DNA from: a virus
IMG/VR virus record: IMGVR_UViG_3300011113_000675
Location: 78,444-142,443 of that record
Length of the DNA stretch: 64,000 nucleotides
Reading direction: 5' to 3' (one strand)
The position numbers and the translations under genes are program-made. This document shows positions 57,687 to 64,000 of the stretch, piece after piece (the stretch's first letter is position 1; each line of letters opens with the position of its first letter). Under the pieces are notes generated by a model. That model did not search any database and was not told the DNA's origin. It saw only the letters and a list, made by a program, of their open reading frames with translations.

Positions 57687-57734
57687 AAAAAAGGGGATGG
57701 GGATTAGAACGGATGGTGCGGTATACGAATATCC
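57687..57734. repeat. Intergenic repeat copy 1
   Basis: AAAAGGGGATGGGGATTAGAACG...GCGGTATACGAATATCC. Confidence 0.8.
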
Positions 57735-57735
57735 A

Positions 57736-57897
57736 TCATGACATCTTGTTCTTTAATATCTTCATTTCCCTTTCCAAACCTTCAATCTTATATCGAATCA
57801 TCCGTTGCAAATCCTCCTCACCATACCTGATGGCAGATGCCAACATCTTATTCAAATTTTCAATTCTATCCTCCAAATCATTAAGTTGCTTTTTCAT
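57736..57897 (-). CDS. Small coiled-coil protein
   Basis: Not in ORF track; MKKQLNDLEDRIENLNKML...; TATATTTG upstream. Confidence 0.6.
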   Translation of the reverse strand: MKKQLNDLEDRIENLNKMLASAIRYGEEDLQRMIRYKIEGLEREMKILKNKMS

Positions 57898-57941
57898 AAG
57901 ACAAATATAAAAAAACCCCCACCATAAGTGAGGGTTTCAAA

Positions 57942-58529
57942 TTAAATTATTTCCCAATCGATTTCACCATACTGGTCATAATCATCATTCTCATCGTGAG
58001 TGGAACCGTCAATATCTTCCTCAACCTTTCTATAAGCCTCACATGCACTTCTTGCCATAACCGTATGAGTCCATGTCTGAACGCAAGAACGAGACGCCTG
58101 AATGGTATATTCCGTTTCCTCATTCTCTTCCCATCCTTCTTCATCCTCGCAGTCATCGTCAACAACATTCTTAGTTTTTTCGGGAACCCTTCCAAACTTA
58201 TCGATTGATTCCATCAAAGAATTTCTAAATGCAATCAAATCCTTCAGAGAATAAATCTTAAATGAATAACTTGAGCAAGGGGATCCATTCACACCAATCT
58301 CAACAAATTCCTTTGTTCCATCAAAACCATCCCAATGATAAATGGATAGACCTGAGGCATTATCAAATTCCAAAGTGGAATTATCAACATACATATAATC
58401 CAAATGCCAATCATCAGGATTGGAATCCTTCATATCTTTATACTCCTTCTCCAAATCACGAAGTTGGGTCAACGCTTTGGAATACTTCTTCTCAAAAGAT
58501 TTCTTCCACTTATCACTATATTCTGCCAT
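57942..58529 (-). CDS. Acidic hypothetical protein
   Basis: 195-aa ORF followed by terminator. Confidence 0.7.
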   Translation of the reverse strand: MAEYSDKWKKSFEKKYSKALTQLRDLEKEYKDMKDSNPDDWHLDYMYVDNSTLEFDNASGLSIYHWDGFDGTKEFVEIGVNGSPCSSYSFKIYSLKDLIAFRNSLMESIDKFGRVPEKTKNVVDDDCEDEEGWEENEETEYTIQASRSCVQTWTHTVMARSACEAYRKVEEDIDGSTHDENDDYDQYGEIDWEII

Positions 58530-58566
58530 AACAAATTTTTTATAATGATAAGAAAAATTTTTTAAT

Positions 58567-58609
58567 AAAAAAAGGGGTTGGGGATTAGAACGACCGAAGG
58601 GAGAACGGA
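58567..58609. repeat. Intergenic repeat copy 2
   Basis: AAAAGGGGTTGGGGATTAGAACGACCGAAGGGAGAACGGA. Confidence 0.85.
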
Positions 58610-58615
58610 AATATG

Positions 58616-59860
58616 TTACGCGAGATTTTTATCTGTAGTGTTGGGCTTTCCCATAGCGATAGAATTACTGAAATTCAAAAAGTCTGCCAACGTTTTTTTA
58701 CTATATATCCACTGAGATAAGAAAATCCGCAAGTCAGAATCAATATTCGTTTTTCCGTTGACTGAATTAATTATCATCTCTTTTGTAATTTTCTGGTCTG
58801 GTTTCAATTTAAAATAACGTCTAATTTCAGACAAAGTTGACATAACTTCATTTGGGTTTCTGAGGTGAACCTCATCATTTTTGAGTCGCCATAAATAAGT
58901 GTCGGAAATTTTACTTGACGCATTTTCATCAAACCCTTGTGTCATTAGGAATTTTTTCAATCTCTGAAAATTGGTTTCAGGTGTACCACTCGTATCGTCT
59001 CCTAAAAACTTTTTTATTACCCAATCATCAAATTTATTGGATTCATAAGGATGGAATTTATGATAATCATCTAGAATATGTTGAATCTCATGAATCATAA
59101 ATGACAATGCTTCATTTTCACTATAATCATTAGCCACCCTACAATTTATGTTTATAGGCACATCATACCCATTAATAAAAAGGCCTGGTCTTACCCATCC
59201 ACCCGCGATATCATCACTTATAACATATTCGATTGGTATTTGTGATAGTATCTTATTATATTCGGCAAAATGTTTCTCGACCGTGCTTTTATCGTATTTG
59301 AATGATTTAGCAAACCTATCTTTAGTCGATGGATGGTTCAACCAATTTCTCCACCAATCAGTCGCTTTTTTTAGTAAATCAGAATTATATTTAGATTTAC
59401 AACGATAAAAAATTTCATTTTGTTTTTTTATTTCATCTCCCTCCACCGTGCCTACACGAACAAAAGGTATGTTAATCGATTTAAGAACAGGAGCCTTACC
59501 TGGAATTGTATAAACAAAAGTCAAATTTCCTGTAAAACTTCCTTCTCCTACTGATTGATTAAAATCCAGTGTAATAAAATCTACCTGCTTTGATAGGATT
59601 TGTTTTGAATACTTTTTTTCTCCATCAAAATATTCGAAAATTGGGGAACTTTTTTCAATGTTCACAATTATCGGAGAGATATTATTTTTATTATGAATTG
59701 AAATTTTTCCAGATTTTTTTGGAAGTATGTAAGCTCCACTTTTAGGGTCCACACCATAAGCAACAATCAAAATATTATTATCAGAAAACAAAACTTTGTC
59801 CTCAGACTGTTCATTTAATACCACCCGATTGTATTGACTCTCTGTAATCAAAATATTCAT
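58616..59860 (-). CDS. Leader-bearing zinc metallopeptidase-like protein
   Basis: MNILITESQY...LNEQ; HEIQH plus downstream NEVMS glutamate. Confidence 0.65.
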   Translation of the reverse strand: MNILITESQYNRVVLNEQSEDKVLFSDNNILIVAYGVDPKSGAYILPKKSGKISIHNKNNISPIIVNIEKSSPIFEYFDGEKKYSKQILSKQVDFITLDFNQSVGEGSFTGNLTFVYTIPGKAPVLKSINIPFVRVGTVEGDEIKKQNEIFYRCKSKYNSDLLKKATDWWRNWLNHPSTKDRFAKSFKYDKSTVEKHFAEYNKILSQIPIEYVISDDIAGGWVRPGLFINGYDVPININCRVANDYSENEALSFMIHEIQHILDDYHKFHPYESNKFDDWVIKKFLGDDTSGTPETNFQRLKKFLMTQGFDENASSKISDTYLWRLKNDEVHLRNPNEVMSTLSEIRRYFKLKPDQKITKEMIINSVNGKTNIDSDLRIFLSQWIYSKKTLADFLNFSNSIAMGKPNTTDKNLA

Positions 59861-59883
59861 AACAATAAATACACAATATCATG

Positions 59884-59948
59884 AAAAAAGGGGTTGGGGA
59901 TTAGAACGACCGAAGGGAGAACGGACGGGGCGGTATACGAATATCCCC
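59884..59948. repeat. Intergenic repeat copy 3 (longest)
   Basis: Contains both the copy-2 core and the copy-1 tail GCGGTATACGAATATCC. Confidence 0.85.
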
Positions 59949-60007
59949 AAAATTTTTCCAAAAATTTTTTTTAACAAATGGGGTCATAAAAAAATAGGGG
60001 GGTCATG

Positions 60008-60301
60008 TTATAATAAACTTTCAGGGTCAGTGGTCTCAACTCCATCAATTTCTATGTCAGGAAACTTTCTCCTTAAATAATTAAACAACAACTTATTGGT
60101 ATCATCCCCGAACATTGCTTTCAACGAATTCGCTTCCGAACTATTTCCATAGTAAAACCTCTGTTCCCACCAATCCCCAAATATTCTTCCATCCCCAGTT
60201 CTGTACTCACGACTTACCGGACGAAATTTCAAATCATAGGTCGATTCCATGTACTTCTCAAAAATATCATACAATCTACTCTCGTTGATAATGTATCTCA
60301 T
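60008..60301 (-). CDS. Small leader-bearing paralogue-family protein
   Basis: MRYIINESRL...MFG...KFPD. Confidence 0.7.
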   Translation of the reverse strand: MRYIINESRLYDIFEKYMESTYDLKFRPVSREYRTGDGRIFGDWWEQRFYYGNSSEANSLKAMFGDDTNKLLFNYLRRKFPDIEIDGVETTDPESLL

Positions 60302-60322
60302 AACTTATTCCTTGAAGGGGGA

Positions 60323-60640
60323 TTAATAATATATTGAATAATAGGATGCAATAACCCTTTCATCGGGGAATCTCTTCTCAAACCATTTTACAAACATCTC
60401 CTCAGTTTGAGATTGATTCAAATTGAACATGGACATTATTGTAGAAAATAATTCTCGAGCAACTCCCAAGTGTCGTCCAAAATACTGAAATATTATATTA
60501 TCATTTTTATCAAGAAGGTCGAAGTCCTCCTTTTCCCCAAGTTGATGACTTGACTTTGTTCTGATCAGTCTCCCCACCGCCAAAGTAATATACTTATCAA
60601 TCAAGCTTACAAGTCTGTCTTCTGAAATAATATAATCCAT
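60323..60640 (-). CDS. Small leader-bearing paralogue-family protein
   Basis: MDYIISEDRL...MFNL...KWF..RFPD. Confidence 0.7.
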   Translation of the reverse strand: MDYIISEDRLVSLIDKYITLAVGRLIRTKSSHQLGEKEDFDLLDKNDNIIFQYFGRHLGVARELFSTIMSMFNLNQSQTEEMFVKWFEKRFPDERVIASYYSIYY

Positions 60641-60693
60641 AATTAATAAATACCCACAAAATAAAAAACCCCTCTATAAGGGAGGGGTTTCAA

Positions 60694-61107
60694 TTATATC
60701 TTCACAGGAGATTTTGCTTTTTTAATTATACATTCTCCAACATCCTTAAGTTTTCCCATAACTGTAAAAATATTATCCCCAGTAGACTTCGACAAGTCGG
60801 AGGTACAAGGTCCATATTTTGTGATATCCAATGGAAGTTGTTTAGTGTCCCCAATTTCTTTAGCAAGATCTTTACAACTTTTAGGTAGTTCCATATTCGG
60901 AGCGTCGAAATGAGTTTTGAAACAATCAACCACCATATCTGACGTGTTTGTTCCAGTGACCTGTTCCTTCACCACTGGCTTTACATCCCCAAGTTTTGAA
61001 TTTACCAATTTGGAGAAACTCTCAGTCATTACCTTCATTCCCCCTGTATGTTGCTCACGGATAGAGTTCTTCTCTTGTTCCGATAAATCATTTAATAAGT
61101 GTTTCAT
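60694..61107 (-). CDS. Leader-bearing Cys-containing protein
   Basis: LSEQEKNSIREQH...VVKEQ. Confidence 0.7.
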   Translation of the reverse strand: MKHLLNDLSEQEKNSIREQHTGGMKVMTESFSKLVNSKLGDVKPVVKEQVTGTNTSDMVVDCFKTHFDAPNMELPKSCKDLAKEIGDTKQLPLDITKYGPCTSDLSKSTGDNIFTVMGKLKDVGECIIKKAKSPVKI

Positions 61108-61142
61108 AATTTTAAGTTTATTATAAATACTCAACACTCCCG

Positions 61143-61190
61143 AAAAAGGGGCTGGGGATTCCTACGACCGAAGGGAGAACGCGGATCCGA
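61143..61190. repeat. Intergenic repeat copy 4
   Basis: AAAAAGGGGCTGGGGATT...ACGACCGAAGGGAGAACG. Confidence 0.8.
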
Positions 61191-61203
61191 ACAACAATAA
61201 AAA

Positions 61204-61887
61204 TTATTGTATACTCTCCAATAAACAATCCGCTTCCGATCTCCACAATTCACCAATGTAGGCTTTCAAATCCTCAAGACTATCTCCACCCATTTTATTA
61301 TTCATACGTAACAAATGGTGCTCAATAGAATACTTTTCAAATGTACACCCATAATTCTCAAAGTTACTTGTTTTGTGAACTGATTTGGAACCATTCATGT
61401 GACTCAATGTCATATACTGCTGAATTACATCGAAATCAACAATGTAAAACGTGGGTTGAAAGTTATTCACACAATCTATCAAACAAATTATATACCCACC
61501 ATCAATATTTTGGTAGGGACGCAAATTCCTTAACCTGTAATGATTATTCTTTCCCAAAAAAGTAACCTTGATTTCGAAACTCTTTATACGGGAATATTTT
61601 GACCAATGATTATGAGTATATACGAAAACCTTTCCATCATCCATAAGTAAATTCCCCCTTGAGGCATAAACCCTAATCTCACAGTCCCCACAATTTTCAG
61701 ATTCAGGAACTTCCAACAATCGATCAACCTCTTGAATAATCTTCTTTTCCAAATACTTTCCGTAAGCAGATGGGGAATAACCCAAATAACACTCCAAAAT
61801 AAAATCGTTGAAGGGTAAATGATACGGAACATCATTGTTCTTACTATTCTGAAATCTTTCAATCGCCAATTCTAACTTCGTCTTCAT
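61204..61887 (-). CDS. Restriction-endonuclease-like PD-(D/E)xK protein
   Basis: YGKYLE...GDC...FEIKV...NLRPYQ; TAACTTTG upstream. Confidence 0.55.
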   Translation of the reverse strand: MKTKLELAIERFQNSKNNDVPYHLPFNDFILECYLGYSPSAYGKYLEKKIIQEVDRLLEVPESENCGDCEIRVYASRGNLLMDDGKVFVYTHNHWSKYSRIKSFEIKVTFLGKNNHYRLRNLRPYQNIDGGYIICLIDCVNNFQPTFYIVDFDVIQQYMTLSHMNGSKSVHKTSNFENYGCTFEKYSIEHHLLRMNNKMGGDSLEDLKAYIGELWRSEADCLLESIQ

Positions 61888-62014
61888 ATATAGAGTTTTT
61901 TTACAAAGTTAAAACTAATTTGACAATCACCAAAAATTTCCCAAAAATTTTTTTCCTTAAATAGGGGTGATTTTATTTAGGGGGGTTGTGTTCTATAAAA
62001 TAAAAAACCCCTCG

Positions 62015-62353
62015 TTAATGGGAGGGGTTCATTTTCTTATAATCCAAATAACCTTGTTTTATTTTGTTATTGATTACCTTGTTTTTAACATACTTGAAGA
62101 ATTCCTCCACATCATCAACTTCTCTCTCATTGTCATACTCCAAACTACCCAATGTTTTCCATAAGACTTCTGATTTATAATCTTCGAAATCTTCAGGTTC
62201 AAAACCACCAACATTTATATCAGATATTGCCTCATCCACATAATTGTTAATTATTTCAGACCTTCTTAAATAAAAAGGTTTATCATTTTCATTGATTACC
62301 ATTTTAACAATATTTTCCAAATCTGATTCAGTAAGTCTTACAATCTTTTTCAT
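62015..62353 (-). CDS. Leader-bearing acidic protein
   Basis: MKKIVRLTESDLENIVKMVINE. Confidence 0.75.
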   Translation of the reverse strand: MKKIVRLTESDLENIVKMVINENDKPFYLRRSEIINNYVDEAISDINVGGFEPEDFEDYKSEVLWKTLGSLEYDNEREVDDVEEFFKYVKNKVINNKIKQGYLDYKKMNPSH

Positions 62354-62430
62354 ATTAATAAATACCCAAAAAGGGTCATTTTTTCCCCAAAAATTTTTTT
62401 GCGTAATATAGGGGATTATCCCCCCTAAAC

Positions 62431-62631
62431 TGACATTCTGACACCCCGTAAGGGGGGATACGGGGGAGGGGGGTCCCCATATGGGGGGGTAGACCCCATG
62501 CCAGAGGGGAGGTCTTAGATATATTTATTTATCCCCCGCCCCCTGTGACTTATCCACAAGTTATTAATGTGGATAACTTGTGGACATAAACAGAATAATA
62601 TATTGTGGATAAGTGGTATGACAGATAGTCA
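62431..62631. promoter_or_regulatory. Putative replication origin part 1: G-tracts, DnaA boxes, palindromes
   Basis: TTATCCACA 62550-62558; TGTGGATAA 62568-62576 and 62604-62612; four G-runs 62452-62489. Confidence 0.65.
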
Positions 62632-62674
62632 ATAATAAAAAGTACGTAGGGGTAACCGAAGAATGTTCTGTATA

Positions 62675-62977
62675 TTACTTAAGAAATATAATTAACCGAG
62701 AGGGGTTAAGACCATAGTATGTATATAACCATTCTCTAACTACCTTCTTGATTTCTTTCTCTGACAAGTCAAACATGTCTCTCAATCTCGAGGACACATC
62801 TCCGTAGAACACAACAGAGTCATCCCCTTCATCATACTCAAACACATGTGTATTGTTGATTGGATTAATATACAATACTGAGTTGTCTAATGGTTCCTCA
62901 ATAAGGTCGGGGAACTTATCGTTAACAAACTTAACTGCCAGATCCATTAACCGTGATTCTCTGATGATTACTTTCAT
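62675..62977 (-). CDS. Small leader-bearing paralogue-family protein
   Basis: MKVIIRESRL...MFDL..KE.KKVVREWL. Confidence 0.7.
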   Translation of the reverse strand: MKVIIRESRLMDLAVKFVNDKFPDLIEEPLDNSVLYINPINNTHVFEYDEGDDSVVFYGDVSSRLRDMFDLSEKEIKKVVREWLYTYYGLNPSRLIIFLK

Positions 62978-63129
62978 AATAATAAATACAATTACTTCTT
63001 GGTTTTGTACGCGCTACTTAACATAATCCAGATTATATAACATGGTTCTATAACTCCCCCAACCTTTTATTGTATTATATGGGGAAAGTTTAGATGGCCC
63101 TAAAAAGTGGTACCATGGTGATAACCATG

Positions 63130-63564
63130 TTAGATTTGCATATAAGGTTGTTCCCCTGGCTTACGATTGATGTGCCATGTCCCCAATTCAATATTACGAT
63201 TACGGAACTTGAACTCATCAGGAAGGGCGGGGTTCTCAGCCACATCTTGGATTGTTCTCCTTATCTCATTACGAACTGTCTTGTATTCATCAAACTCCAT
63301 ATCGTTTATAAGGTTGGGGTACGAATAGTCAATGTACTTCCCCGCATCAATCAACTCCTGAATCCATTCCTTTGTCTCATGACCATAAGCCTTAGAAAAT
63401 TCATTGGGGTCGAACTCAAAGTTCAAAAAAATTGTTGTATAGAGATCCAAGTCCTCCTGTCTGACAAACACATCCTTAATCCATGGGAATCTCTTTTTTA
63501 ATGCTCTCTTAATCAACTTGAAAGCATAAACATCATATATATCTTCAGGTGTAGTCTTCCCCAT
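63130..63564 (-). CDS. Hypothetical protein
   Basis: 144-aa ORF; TATTTAT upstream. Confidence 0.65.
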   Translation of the reverse strand: MGKTTPEDIYDVYAFKLIKRALKKRFPWIKDVFVRQEDLDLYTTIFLNFEFDPNEFSKAYGHETKEWIQELIDAGKYIDYSYPNLINDMEFDEYKTVRNEIRRTIQDVAENPALPDEFKFRNRNIELGTWHINRKPGEQPYMQI

Positions 63565-63577
63565 GGTTTACTGTTTA

Positions 63578-63835
63578 TTATAAATACTCAGCCTTAATCA
63601 TCTTTTGACATACCTCCACAATTTCCTTGGGGAATATCTCATAATCAGACACTTCGTATAACTTCTCAATCTTGGCATCAACACATACCCAAGCATCCAT
63701 GCCAATAGGTTTCCTGTTAAACCCAATCTTTGCTCTCTCAAAATACAGAGAACCAACCTCTTCATCATTGAAGGAGATAATAAACCTAATTCTCCCCTCC
63801 TCCATTTTGTCCATCGTGTAAATAAAATCTGTCAT
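63578..63835 (-). CDS. Hypothetical protein
   Basis: ORF with start placed at MTDFIY. Confidence 0.55.
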   Translation of the reverse strand: MTDFIYTMDKMEEGRIRFIISFNDEEVGSLYFERAKIGFNRKPIGMDAWVCVDAKIEKLYEVSDYEIFPKEIVEVCQKMIKAEYL

Positions 63836-63872
63836 GTTGATAAGTATACGTTCGGAACATATAAAAATAAAG

Positions 63873-63976
63873 TTATCCACATACTGACATTATGTCTGGC
63901 GGGGTCGTCATGTGGAAAACTTTTTCCATTGTGGATAACTTTTATGACCAAAAAACTTGATTTTGTCAAAATGTCA
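63873..63976. promoter_or_regulatory. Second DnaA-box cluster
   Basis: TTATCCACA 63873-63881, TGTGGAAAA 63911-63919, TGTGGATAA 63930-63938. Confidence 0.65.
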
Positions 63977-64000
63977 GGGGAGCGTTACATGGGGGATAAT

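Noticed and set aside
57687-61190. CRISPR array
   Set aside because: Repeats are separated by whole genes of about 1 kb rather than 30-40-nt spacers, and no cas genes are seen.
1-64000. Stop-codon reassignment as in some large phages
   Set aside because: ThyA, ClpP, endolysin and others are intact in code 11, and TAA, TAG and TGA all end genes.

Overview
AT-rich window of a large lytic dsDNA (jumbo/huge-type) phage genome, standard genetic code. The host is most likely a Bacteroidota (Flavobacteria-like) bacterium: there are many TAnnTTTG promoters, few Shine-Dalgarno sites and several Flavobacteria-type genes. 1-7 kb is a minus-strand tRNA region (Cys, His, Glu, Arg, Leu, Ser, Thr, Ile2/Met) with two tRNA mimics, two embedded HNH endonucleases and an unannotated leader peptide that forms a textbook attenuator in front of the Glu/His/Cys tRNAs. 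The middle holds ClpP, ThyA, a secreted/outer-membrane operon (CsgG-like, cohesin/dockerin, beta-barrel), a GH19 endolysin, an RNA end-healing pair, an aberrant tRNA-Phe, orphan structured RNAs and an HldE-like sugar-nucleotide cluster. From about 33 kb to 63.5 kb lies an array of mostly single-gene cassettes, each with a TATTTAT promoter motif. Their unrelated products (SAM lyase-like enzyme, nucleases, peptidases, lysozyme, peptidoglycan binders) share short N-terminal leaders ending in [LIV]xE(Q), suggesting a capsid-packaged, protease-matured cargo system. The window ends in a GC-rich region with five perfect DnaA boxes (putative origin). All family assignments come from motif recognition by eye; no database searches were run.
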